This document shows positions 56,264 through 63,984 of a stretch of DNA of 63,984 nucleotides, one piece after another. Both the position numbers and the translations under genes were made by a program. The stretch's first letter is position 1. Every line of letters starts with the position of its first letter. The DNA is taken from contig JBHHWO010000004.1 of assembly GCA_046756565.1 (NCBI GenBank), forward strand, positions 1-63,984, given 5' to 3'. The notes beneath the pieces were generated by a model that was given only the letters and a program-made list of their open reading frames with translations, ran no database searches and was not told where the DNA came from. This DNA is from Thermoanaerobaculia bacterium (GTDB lineage Bacteria; Acidobacteriota; Thermoanaerobaculia; Multivoradales; JAHEKO01).

Positions 56264-56501
56264 GGCAGATTCCCTATGCAAGGCGCAAGAAAAACATGAG
56301 CTTTTCCACCGTCTTCACGGCCTCCGAGTCCGACTGCTTTCCGGCTTGATGGCCCAGGCATTACAGGCTCTCAACGTCGCGGCGACCAACGTGCGCACCT
56401 CGGCGGCTTGGTACCCCAAAACTGCAGTTCAATTCTCACTTGTTTCCGGTTTTTTCGCTGTGGACTACGACCAGCCCAGAGTGGTCTTCTCCTACCGCAG
56501 A

Positions 56502-56518
56502 AAGCATGTTTCCTGCCA
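56502..56518 (-). promoter_or_regulatory. Candidate sigma-54 (-24/-12) promoter for the giant adhesin / RiPP transcription unit
   Basis: The minus strand reads TGGCAGGAAACATGCTT, against the consensus TGGCACG-N4-TTGCW. The GG and GC dinucleotides have the exact consensus spacing. It lies about 240 nt upstream of ATG 56263 in an AT-richer, ORF-poor 480-bp intergenic region. A sigma-54 activator is encoded in the same window. Confidence 0.4.
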
Positions 56519-56759
56519 TCCCTGCGCCCGTCTTGCGAAGCTGCGTAAGCGAATGAAAACAAGCCATTTATGACCCCCATCAACGACTCCAGTCGGAGCC
56601 GATTTACCGGTCGTTTCGCTACATAAAGTAACAATCTCGCCAGCCCGAAGACACCAACGCCCGGAGCAGGCTAAAAAATGGCGAACAAAGGCACCGGTCC
56701 CTACGCTCCGCGCTGCACAGCGATCTTCCGGCCGGACGTATTAGGATCGCGTCTGAGCG

Positions 56760-57689
56760 ATGAGAATTCCCGCGCCCAGGAGACGAACTGGACTACTGGC
56801 GGCGGCTGTTGCCGCAGCTTTGCTGTGCCCGATGCAGGTCTCCGCGGCTGGCGAGTGGTTCGTGCCCTGGGCGCGTCTCAACCAAGAGCTTTCCCAGGCG
56901 CGCATCGACGTCTGCGCGAGCCTCGCGAGCCGCCTGGGAAGCGTTACCGGGGCCGATTGCCGGATGGCGGACTTCCGGCTCGCCGGCGGCCGGTCTGTCG
57001 GTGGCACACCTCTTCTGATTCGCGAGTTCCCACCGCTCGCCGACCGCGCGCCACGGGGCCGCGTCCTCCTGTTCGGTGGAATCCACGGCGATGAGCTCTC
57101 ATCGGTGAGCATCATGTTTCGCTGGATCGAGATCCTCGACAAGCACCACAGTGGGCTCTTCCACTGGCGGGTGGTGCCGGTGCTGAACCCGGACGGTCTT
57201 CTCCGACGGCCGGCGCGACGGACCAATGCGAACGGCGTCGACTTGAATCGGAACTTCCCGTCACCCAACTGGCGGCCCGAAGCCCTCGACTATTGGATCG
57301 CACGTACCGGCAAGAACCCGCGCCGATACCCGGGCGCCGGCCCGCTATCGGAGCCCGAGAGCCGCTGGCTCGCCGCGGAGATCGAACGCTTCCGCCCGGA
57401 CGTAGTCGTGGCCGTTCACGCGCCGCTCGAGGTACTGGACTTCGACGGCCCACCGGATCCGCCCGAGAGATTCGGACCGCTTTTGCTGGACCAGCTGGGG
57501 ACCTACCCGGGATCGCTCGGCCGCTGGGCCGGCATCCACCTTGGTCTGCCGGTGGTGACGATCGAGCTGCCGAGCGCCGGCATCATGCCGACCCCAGTCC
57601 AGCAGGAAGACATGTGGATGGATCTGGTTCGGTACCTCAGAAACAGACTGCCGAAACCGGCTCTCGACACGGTGCCCCTGGCGCGCTAG
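56760..57689 (+). CDS. Secreted M14 family zinc carboxypeptidase/amidase (MpaA-like murein peptide amidase)
   Basis: Signal peptide (LLAAAVAAALLCPMQVSAA). The zinc motif HxxE is in FGGIHGDELSS. Other motifs are NPDG, NGVDLNRNFP and a second His in VVAVHAP. Confidence 0.85.
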   Translation: MRIPAPRRRTGLLAAAVAAALLCPMQVSAAGEWFVPWARLNQELSQARIDVCASLASRLGSVTGADCRMADFRLAGGRSVGGTPLLIREFPPLADRAPRGRVLLFGGIHGDELSSVSIMFRWIEILDKHHSGLFHWRVVPVLNPDGLLRRPARRTNANGVDLNRNFPSPNWRPEALDYWIARTGKNPRRYPGAGPLSEPESRWLAAEIERFRPDVVVAVHAPLEVLDFDGPPDPPERFGPLLLDQLGTYPGSLGRWAGIHLGLPVVTIELPSAGIMPTPVQQEDMWMDLVRYLRNRLPKPALDTVPLAR

Positions 57690-57764
57690 TCACCCACTCG
57701 GTCGACGATCGCCAACGCTTGGAAAACCAGTCGGGAGGAGACATCAAGGAAGGGTGTCCCCGAT

Positions 57765-58967
57765 TTACAGCCCTTCTTCGTACACGATCCGCCAGCGTCC
57801 GTCGTCCCGCCGCCAGTACTGGTGCTTCCGGCGGCTGGCTCGGAAGTTATCGGACTCGTAGAGCTGTCGGAAGTCGACCAGAGCGAGGTCCGGCTCACCC
57901 GGGTAGCGGTAGATCCCAACCTGCTCCAGTCCGACCCGAATGTACTTTTTCGACGCGTTGACCGCCCGCTTGTGGCGCGCGAAGGCACTCAGATCCATGT
58001 TCCCGGTGCGGAAATCATCCGCATAGTGACTCAGGTAGCGATCACTGTCACGGCTCTCCCAATCGCTCCTCCAGCTCTCGAGACTCGATTCGAGGGAGCG
58101 ACGCGCCACGTCGACGACCTCTGACTCGACCCAGGTTATGCGGTGCGCCACGATCACCGGCGTGCGCGAGACTTCCACCTGCCGTTTCAGGACGCCAAAG
58201 TCCTCGTTACTCAACGTGACGCATCCCCGGCTCGAGAGCGGCGGTCGGCTATAGCTGGCCGACTCAGTTCCATGGATCCAGATACCGCTACCGGTCCGGC
58301 CCTGGAGCCGATCCCAGGCATTGGGATAATTGATCGGAAAGGCACCGATACCGTAGAGATCAGGAAGCGTCTCGCCCGGTAGGTAGGAGTTGACGATGTA
58401 GACTCCGACCGGGGTCTTTTCATCGCCCTCGTAGCGTTTCTCGCCGCCCGCCTTTCCTATCGAGACATAGAAGTCTCGAGTAAGTACGAACCGCCCATCG
58501 CGCTGCTGAAAGACGTACAGCCTGTAAGCCGAGAGGTCGATGAAGATCGCGGCCGGCGTGCCCGGGGGCAGCTTGAGCAACTGGTCGGGGACGGCGGTGG
58601 CCGGCGGCGCGTCCATATAGCGCAACAGCCGAGCCCGCGCCTCTTCGAGGTGCCCCTCGATCTCCTGCTTCGGCGCTCCGTTCCCAACCCGCGCGAGCGG
58701 TCCGGCTTGCGCGGACAGCAGGTCCGCGTAGATCAGCTGGGCGAGCCGGAAGTCAGGCTGCTCCTTGACCAGGTACGAGACGTTGCGCAGAGCGTCCGCC
58801 ACCCGGCCCTGTCGAAGATCGAACAGGCTCTGCATCAAGCGGCGCTCCTCGAGCGTGGTCAGGCTGCGCTCGGGAGTCGGCGACAGGCCTGCCGCTTCCA
58901 CGCCGAGAGCCGCAAACGTACCGATCCCTAGTACGCCGAGAAAAAGCGAACGACGGAAGGTCCTCAT
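57765..58967 (-). CDS. L,D-transpeptidase (YkuD domain) with C-terminal NTF2-like (Cds6-type) domain
   Basis: Signal peptide. The YkuD active-site block is GSGIWIHGT....YSRPPLSSRGCVTLSNEDF. The C-terminal stretch is WRSDWESRDSDRYLSHYADDF...DGRWRIVYEE. Confidence 0.9.
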   Translation of the reverse strand: MRTFRRSLFLGVLGIGTFAALGVEAAGLSPTPERSLTTLEERRLMQSLFDLRQGRVADALRNVSYLVKEQPDFRLAQLIYADLLSAQAGPLARVGNGAPKQEIEGHLEEARARLLRYMDAPPATAVPDQLLKLPPGTPAAIFIDLSAYRLYVFQQRDGRFVLTRDFYVSIGKAGGEKRYEGDEKTPVGVYIVNSYLPGETLPDLYGIGAFPINYPNAWDRLQGRTGSGIWIHGTESASYSRPPLSSRGCVTLSNEDFGVLKRQVEVSRTPVIVAHRITWVESEVVDVARRSLESSLESWRSDWESRDSDRYLSHYADDFRTGNMDLSAFARHKRAVNASKKYIRVGLEQVGIYRYPGEPDLALVDFRQLYESDNFRASRRKHQYWRRDDGRWRIVYEEGL

Positions 58968-58976
58968 GGGCTGGTA

Positions 58977-60221
58977 CTACGAGTCGACGGTCTCGCTTAC
59001 GATCTTCCAGACGCCATCTTCGCGGGCCAACACGAGGGTCTTGGTCACCACGTCGCTGAAGGTATTGGAGTCGTACGACTGGTTGAATCGGACTCTCGCC
59101 CGGTCCGGAGGTACGCCGTCGAAGTCCAGAAACGCCACCGACACCTTGATGAACTCGGGCACAGCGACTCGCTTGCGCCGCAGGTCCTCCCAGTCGTCTC
59201 GGCTGATCTCGCCGCTTGGCGAAAAGTCGCGGCCGTAGAAATAGAGGTAGTCGTCAACCCTCTGCTCAGACCAGGCCAGCGCCCAGGCTTCTACCAGATC
59301 CGCCAGCTCTCCGGGCTCCACTTGGGATCCAGCGGGCTCGGTTCTGCCATCCGTGCCGACCTCCAGCGCCTCGGCTATCGCTTCTTCCGGCGACGAGACC
59401 GGCTCCTCGGGAGTCGATCTCTCTTCGCCCTTGCTCGCAGCCATCGAATCCGAGTCCATTGGCTCGGCAATCTCCTCACTCGCTTCCGCGACCGCGACTT
59501 CGGCCTCGGCCATGGACTCCCCGGTCATCGGCTCACTGTCCACAGCGTCTGTCCCCATCGGCTCGTCCCGATCCCCATTCTCGGCCAAGGGCTCGGCGAT
59601 TTCGGCCCGTAAGGACTCCGTCACGTCGACCGGCAGCGGCTCGGCGGGACTCTCGAGCTGGGATTCGGCGACCTCCACCTCCGGTTCCGGTGAGGCTTCG
59701 ATCCGGATCTCGGGGAGCACCATCTCACTCAGCAAAACGAGCTCGACCGACGAACGGTTGCGCGTCTGATCCACAGTCAGCGCACGACTGTAGGCTTCGC
59801 TCGCGAGCTGTCCGTAGATCTTGGTCAGGTTCTCGTACGCCGTCCGGTATGCCGGATGGGTTCTCAGAGCCTCCTTGAGTGTCTCTACTGCCGCTTCGTA
59901 GTCGCCTCGGGACGCCTGGATGACCGCCAGATTGTTGAGCGGTTCGGGACGATCGGGCCTCAGACCGGAGGTCTCCTGAAACAGCTCGATCGCCTGGTCT
60001 TCCTGCCGAGTTTGAGCTAACACCAGGCCGCGCATGAAAAGAGCCTCCGGATCCGTCGGGGACCCCTTCAGGTACTCGTCCAAGCTGGAGAGGGCCTCGG
60101 TGGCGCGTCCCTCGTCGATCATTGCCCGGATATCGGACAGATCAGCGGCCCCTAGGGCCGAGCCTAAAAGCGCGGGCAGCAGTAGCGCCAGCGTTTTCCA
60201 TCGCATTGAGACTCTCCTCAT
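58977..60221 (-). CDS. Secreted TPR-repeat protein with acidic linker and C-terminal NTF2-like (Cds6-type) domain
   Basis: Signal peptide (WKTLALLLPALLGSALGAA). Three to four TPR units (ALFMRGLVLAQTRQEDQAIELFQE..., NNLAVIQASRGDYEAAVETLKEAL). Then a Glu/Pro/Ser-rich spacer and VEAWALAWSEQRVDDYLYFYGRDF...DGVWKIVSE. Confidence 0.85.
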   Translation of the reverse strand: MRRVSMRWKTLALLLPALLGSALGAADLSDIRAMIDEGRATEALSSLDEYLKGSPTDPEALFMRGLVLAQTRQEDQAIELFQETSGLRPDRPEPLNNLAVIQASRGDYEAAVETLKEALRTHPAYRTAYENLTKIYGQLASEAYSRALTVDQTRNRSSVELVLLSEMVLPEIRIEASPEPEVEVAESQLESPAEPLPVDVTESLRAEIAEPLAENGDRDEPMGTDAVDSEPMTGESMAEAEVAVAEASEEIAEPMDSDSMAASKGEERSTPEEPVSSPEEAIAEALEVGTDGRTEPAGSQVEPGELADLVEAWALAWSEQRVDDYLYFYGRDFSPSGEISRDDWEDLRRKRVAVPEFIKVSVAFLDFDGVPPDRARVRFNQSYDSNTFSDVVTKTLVLAREDGVWKIVSETVDS

Positions 60222-60407
60222 GGCTCCCCCGCCAAGAGGCGGCCTGAATCGCCCGCCTGCCGCCTGCCTGGCCTTACCTGAACGCCGAAAATGCTAGCAC
60301 GGGGCGCTCCCCAGGTCGAACCGTCCGAAGCCCCGGGAACTTTGCCAATTCCTGCGCGTTATGGTTACTGGGAGCGACCGCCAGAGGCTCGGACCGCCGC
60401 TGATTCA

Positions 60408-60977
60408 ATGACCGAAACCCTCCGCATGACCTCGGACGCCGAGCTGATCGCCGGAGCCCGATCCGGCGAAGCCGCCGCCTTCGGTGAGATCGTCGACCGC
60501 CACAAAGACGCCCTGGTCGGCTACCTCTACCGCATGGTGGGGAACCGGGAACGGGCCGAGGACGTGGCCCAGGAGGCCTTTCTACGTCTCTTCCAGCGCA
60601 GCCGACACTACCAAGAGCGCGGACAGCTCAAGGCCTATCTCTTCCGCATCGCCACCAACCTGGTGCGAAGCGAGGAGCGACGCGCGTTTCGCTGGGACCG
60701 AATACGCTCGTTTCTGCGCCCCGGGCTGGACGCCTCGCCTCCCCAGGAGCGCGAGCTCCTCGAAACCGAGCTCCAACGGGAACTCCTGCAGGCGATCGCG
60801 GCGCTTCCGGTTCGGTATCGAGCACCCCTTGTGTTGAGGGAGATCGACGGGTGGAGATACCGAGCCATCTCCGAAGCCCTCGGCTGCAGCGAGGGCACCG
60901 TCAAATCCAGAATTCACCGCGGGCGCAGCTTGCTTCGGCAGCGTCTGTCCCACTACTGGCAAGGAGCCACATCATGA
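60408..60977 (+). CDS. ECF (RpoE-type) RNA polymerase sigma factor
   Basis: Region 2 is DVAQEAFLRLFQ...YLFRIATNLV. Region 4 is LPVRYRAPLVLREIDGWRYRAISEALGCSEGTVKSRIHRGRSLL. ATG at 60408. Confidence 0.9.
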   Translation: MTETLRMTSDAELIAGARSGEAAAFGEIVDRHKDALVGYLYRMVGNRERAEDVAQEAFLRLFQRSRHYQERGQLKAYLFRIATNLVRSEERRAFRWDRIRSFLRPGLDASPPQERELLETELQRELLQAIAALPVRYRAPLVLREIDGWRYRAISEALGCSEGTVKSRIHRGRSLLRQRLSHYWQGATS

Positions 60978-61426
60978 CTGCGCAGCGGCAAGATCCGAAA
61001 GCGGAACACCTTGATCGCTACCTTCGGGAGCTGCCCGCCGCCCGAGCTTCAGCCGGCTTCACCGAGCGGGTGCTGGATCAACTCCACAGACCCGTGCCGG
61101 TCTCGGATCCAGTCCCGGCGACGCGACTCGCCTGGGGCGCTCTCGGGCTGGCAGCCCTGCTGGTCGTGGGCCTCACGTTCCTGCGCGAGCCGGCGGAGGG
61201 ACCGGCCGCCTCCCTGTCGGAGGAGGCCAGCGAGATCCGGCGACAGCACGCGCTGCTGACCGAGGAGCTCGACCGGCTTCGCTCTCGAACCCACGAGGCG
61301 GCACCGGTCCTGTACCTGGGCAGCGACAACGAGGTCGACTACGTTCTCGATCTGTCGCCCTTCTTGCTGCCGCCGGCGGGCGGGATCATGCCGGCGTCGA
61401 ACAACAACTCATCGACTACCTTCTGA
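60974..61426 (+). CDS. Putative anti-sigma factor (single-pass membrane protein)
   Basis: Its ATG overlaps the sigma factor stop (ATGA). It has a short cytoplasmic N-terminus, one TM helix (LAWGALGLAALLVVGLTFL) and a periplasmic tail. The call rests on position and topology only. Confidence 0.65.
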   Translation: MTAQRQDPKAEHLDRYLRELPAARASAGFTERVLDQLHRPVPVSDPVPATRLAWGALGLAALLVVGLTFLREPAEGPAASLSEEASEIRRQHALLTEELDRLRSRTHEAAPVLYLGSDNEVDYVLDLSPFLLPPAGGIMPASNNNSSTTF

Positions 61427-61448
61427 GCAGTTCAGGACAGGAGACGAC

Positions 61449-62303
61449 ATGAGAATCTACTCTTCACTTTGTCTGGCCGCCGCGCTGGCCCTGGGAGCCG
61501 GAGCCACTCCGGGCCACGCTCAGGCCGATGCCGAGCGTGCGGAGACCGTCAAGCGTGTGGTCCGGATCGGCCAGTCCCAAGACGGCGAAGACACGCAGCA
61601 GAATCGCCGGATCGTCAGGGTCTTCTCCGCTGCCAGCGAAGCCGACGCTCGCGACGACTCCTCGGTCGTGTTTATCGGTGAAAACGGGCCTCACGGCTAC
61701 AGCTACTCCTATGGGTTCCCGCGCAGGCGCGGGTTTCTGGGCGTTCAACTGGTCGATCTCACGCCCGAGCTGCGCGAGCACTTCGGCGCTCCTGAGGGCG
61801 CGGGCGTTTTGGTCTCGAGTATCGCCGAGGACAGTCCGGCAGCGCGGGCAGGCCTCAGAGTCGGCGACGTGCTCAGCGGGATCGACGGCAAGAGCGTCGG
61901 CACCGGCTTCGATCTGGCCCGCAGAATCTCCGAGTTCGAGGACGGCGATACGATCGCTCTAGAAGTCTGGCGTGACCGCCGAGTGATCACGCTTTCGGCT
62001 ACCGTCGAAGAACGCGAGCGCACGGCCATCGACCTCGGCCGGTTCGTTCTCCCGGACCCGGTCAAGCTGAGGGAGGGAATCAAGATCGACGTCGGCAGAC
62101 TACCGGAGCAGCTGATCGAGATCGACGAAGAAGGGATTCACGACGCACTGCGCGACCTGCAGCTGAAATGGCAAGACGAGGGCATGCTCGAGAGATTTCA
62201 AGTGCTCGGCCAGAACCGGATCGATCTGGAGGAGCGCATTGAGGAGCTGGAGGAGCGCCTGAAGGAGCTGGAAGAGCAGCTCGACGATCTGCCGAAAGAT
62301 TGA
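61449..62303 (+). CDS. Secreted PDZ-domain protein with C-terminal coiled coil
   Basis: Signal peptide (LCLAAALALGAGATPGHA). PDZ domain: GFLGVQLVDLTPELREHFG...GVLVSSIAEDSPAARAGLRVGDVLSGIDGKSV. Acidic heptad tail: LEERIEELEERLKELEEQLDDL. Confidence 0.8.
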   Translation: MRIYSSLCLAAALALGAGATPGHAQADAERAETVKRVVRIGQSQDGEDTQQNRRIVRVFSAASEADARDDSSVVFIGENGPHGYSYSYGFPRRRGFLGVQLVDLTPELREHFGAPEGAGVLVSSIAEDSPAARAGLRVGDVLSGIDGKSVGTGFDLARRISEFEDGDTIALEVWRDRRVITLSATVEERERTAIDLGRFVLPDPVKLREGIKIDVGRLPEQLIEIDEEGIHDALRDLQLKWQDEGMLERFQVLGQNRIDLEERIEELEERLKELEEQLDDLPKD

Positions 62304-62359
62304 CGCGCCAGAGCGGCCCAGGACGCTCCGGTCGCACAGGCCGCGCAGGCCGACGCACG

Positions 62360-63217
62360 CTACCGGTCGGTTCCCGACTCGGAAGCCGGCTCGTCTCGAG
62401 GGCGCGCCGCCCGCCGCTCGAGCACCGCCGCGACTTCCGCCCCCAGGAAGACCGCCGCCGCCGAGAGGTAGAGCCAGAGCATCCAGACCAGGACCCCTCC
62501 GAGAACGCCGTAGACGAGATTCAGAATCGAATAGCGCGCCAGATACAGCCGGAAGAGCATGGTTCCGATCACCCACAGGGCGGTTCCGCTCATCGCACCG
62601 AGCAAAATCCGCCAGCCGCTGCGCGGATGCGCGGGCGTCGGCAGAACGTAGTACAGAATCCAGAGCTCGAGAGTCATGATCCACCAGATCAGCGGCCATC
62701 CCATCAACCCCGACACGAAGCCCAGGCCGAGGGCGGCCGCGAGTCGGGGACCGGCGAGCAGGCCCACGGCGCCGGCGACCAGCAACAGCGAGTTGACCAG
62801 CAGCAGTGCCAGCGCGATCGCCTTCTTGCGCCACCAGGGCCTGCGCGTGCCGACTCGGTAGGCCCGGTTGATGCCGAGCGCGAGCGATTCGACGACGCTC
62901 GAGGCCCACAGCAGTGTCAGCACGGCCGAGACCGAAAGCAAACCCGGCGTCGAGGCCGATTTGATCTCTCCGACCAGAGCCGAGAGCACCGCCCCGGCCT
63001 GCTCCGGCAGACCGGCGACGACCGAGGTCACGAAGCCTTCGAGCGCCTGCTCCGTGCCCAGTAGGCCGGCAAGCGCGAACAACACCATCGCCGCCGGGAC
63101 CGACGCCAGCGACAGATAGAACGCAGCCCGTGCCGCCTCCGCAGCCGCCAGGTCGCGGGTCCAGGATCGGGCGACTCGTCGTCTCAGTCCGGTCAAGCTG
63201 TGCATCGAGAAACGCAT
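62360..63217 (-). CDS. YihY/BrkB family inner-membrane protein
   Basis: 285 aa with about 6 TM helices. The family-typical segments are AAFYLSLASVPAAMVLFAL, GINRAY and LVWMLWLYLSAAAVFLGAE. Confidence 0.8.
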   Translation of the reverse strand: MRFSMHSLTGLRRRVARSWTRDLAAAEAARAAFYLSLASVPAAMVLFALAGLLGTEQALEGFVTSVVAGLPEQAGAVLSALVGEIKSASTPGLLSVSAVLTLLWASSVVESLALGINRAYRVGTRRPWWRKKAIALALLLVNSLLLVAGAVGLLAGPRLAAALGLGFVSGLMGWPLIWWIMTLELWILYYVLPTPAHPRSGWRILLGAMSGTALWVIGTMLFRLYLARYSILNLVYGVLGGVLVWMLWLYLSAAAVFLGAEVAAVLERRAARPRDEPASESGTDR

Positions 63218-63268
63218 GGTCTCCCCGTCATGACATTCCTCTCGGGCTAGGATACAGCTCGCTTCGCG

Positions 63269-63658
63269 ATGCCCACGTATACCCGAGACGACGGTAAGCC
63301 GATCGTACAGTTCGACGGCGAGCTCGAGCTGTCGCCCTTCGCCCTCTATCGGCGCCTTCGGAGCGACACGCCGCTGATTCTGGTGGACGGCCGTCGCAAC
63401 TCGGATGGTGTGAGAACACTCGCTGGAGCCCTCCCCTACCCCGACGAAGAGTGGCTACCCGATGATCCGAGCGCCGAAATCGTGGTCTTCGACGACGACG
63501 GCTCCGAGGCCTTCGAGCTCGTCACCAGCCTGCGCGAGCGCGGCTGCTCTCGGGTCCGACTCCTGTTCGGCGGTCTCGATCTCTACGAGTTCTCGCTCGA
63601 CCCGGAGATCGTGGGCGGCGAGACGTTCCTGGTGCGACATCGACGCCGTCCTCTTTGA
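63269..63658 (+). CDS. Small rhodanese-homology-domain-like protein lacking the catalytic Cys
   Basis: The layout PLILVD.R........GA...P......D......IVVFDDDGSEA..L...L...G...V..L.GG fits a rhodanese fold. The active-site loop position reads DDDGSEA, with no Cys. Weak call. Confidence 0.5.
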   Translation: MPTYTRDDGKPIVQFDGELELSPFALYRRLRSDTPLILVDGRRNSDGVRTLAGALPYPDEEWLPDDPSAEIVVFDDDGSEAFELVTSLRERGCSRVRLLFGGLDLYEFSLDPEIVGGETFLVRHRRRPL

Positions 63659-63930
63659 ACCTCCTCGCGTCGACAGAGATGAGACGCCCGGAGCCTGAGC
63701 GACGTCCCTCAGCCGCTCGTCTCGCTTCGCACTCGGCGGAGTCGTGCTATGTGGTACTTCGCGCGTCGGCGGCGATCGGCAGGCGAATCCTCCAGGGGAC
63801 GGCTCGGGCTAAGAGGCCTTCAGTAGAACGGCCCTCGCCTGCGCTCCGCTGCGCGCAGACCGTTCGTTGCCTGCCACCGATGTCTCGGGCGCTTGCGGAG
63901 AGCCCCCTGCGCGGATTGCCTGCCGCCTCG

Positions 63931-63965
63931 CCTAGCAGCCCGTGGCAGAAGTCGAGACGGTCGCG
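63931..63965. repeat. Right copy of the 35-nt inverted repeat shared with 18..52
   Basis: cctagcagcccgtggcagaagtcgagacggtcgcg. It matches the reverse complement of 18..52 at 33 of 35 positions. It lies in a 326-nt non-coding tail after the last gene. Confidence 0.7.
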
Positions 63966-63984
63966 TTGCGAGCGCCATGGGGCC

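Noticed and set aside
56282-56500. Possible c-di-GMP riboswitch in the long leader of the adhesin gene
   Set aside because: I looked for GEMM-I/II hallmarks: the GNRA tetraloop/receptor pair and an ACGCA...GGCAAAC-type core. I did not find them. This needs a covariance-model scan before any claim.
56238-56634. 111-aa (+) and 87-aa (-) ORFs in the region upstream of the giant gene
   Set aside because: The region is AT-richer with non-coding-like composition. The two ORFs overlap each other, and their translations carry no motifs. I treat the region as promoter/leader.
1-63984. Search for CRISPR arrays, tRNA/rRNA genes, IS elements, integrases, phage genes, toxin-antitoxin pairs and known defence systems
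   Set aside because: None were seen. There are no regularly spaced short direct repeats, no tRNA-like cloverleaf ends in the intergenic gaps, and no transposase, recombinase or nuclease-type ORFs in any frame.

Overview
High-GC bacterial chromosomal window, visually about 65-70% GC. Gene content suggests Acidobacteriota or Myxococcota, but that is a low-confidence guess. I support about 40 protein-coding genes. I found no rRNA, tRNA, CRISPR array, transposase or integrase.

Gene order, left to right:
- membrane-anchored choice-of-anchor-D repeat protein; Lon protease
- SDR-folB-folK pterin operon; S9 peptidase; secreted hypothetical
- PilZ / TM / NTF2-like protein
- class A PBP broken by an in-frame TAA and probably an N-terminal frameshift
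- TatD; GT2
- FdhD, YdeP-type molybdoenzyme and MobA
- CheY-like regulator; M16 peptidase pair
- fused 2-oxoacid dehydrogenase E1 alpha/beta; alanine racemase
- MFP-RND-RND efflux operon
- c-di-GMP block: a sigma-54 activator carrying a degenerate GGDEF domain with an intact I-site plus GAF; REC-PAS-GGDEF(GGDKF)-EAL; beta-propeller/Y_Y_Y-GGDEF
- 3.4-kaa surface protein with DUF11, about 10 SdrD-B/Cna-B repeats and a C-terminal C25-like peptidase domain
- envelope block: M14 amidase, L,D-transpeptidase, TPR protein, ECF sigma / anti-sigma / PDZ
- YihY; rhodanese-like protein

The most interesting locus is at 42.99-45.95 kb on the minus strand. It is a compact lasso-peptide-like RiPP cluster of precursor, AsnB-like cyclase and HprK-like kinase.
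- The small ORF carries the canonical lasso leader pattern YxxPxLx3Gx5Tx, followed by a Gly1...Asp8 core (GGSPGLGDSGNAFIEQRLG).
- No leader peptidase (B/B2) or PqqD-like RRE gene is present anywhere in the window.
- The precursor lies 24 nt downstream of the giant adhesin gene.
- That gene is preceded by a well-spaced candidate sigma-54 (-24/-12) promoter.

Other notable points:
- Three paralogous NTF2-like C-terminal domains sit on three different protein scaffolds.
- A 35-nt inverted repeat (33/35 identical) sits at the two ends of the window.

All functional calls come from reading motifs in the translations. No database search was run.
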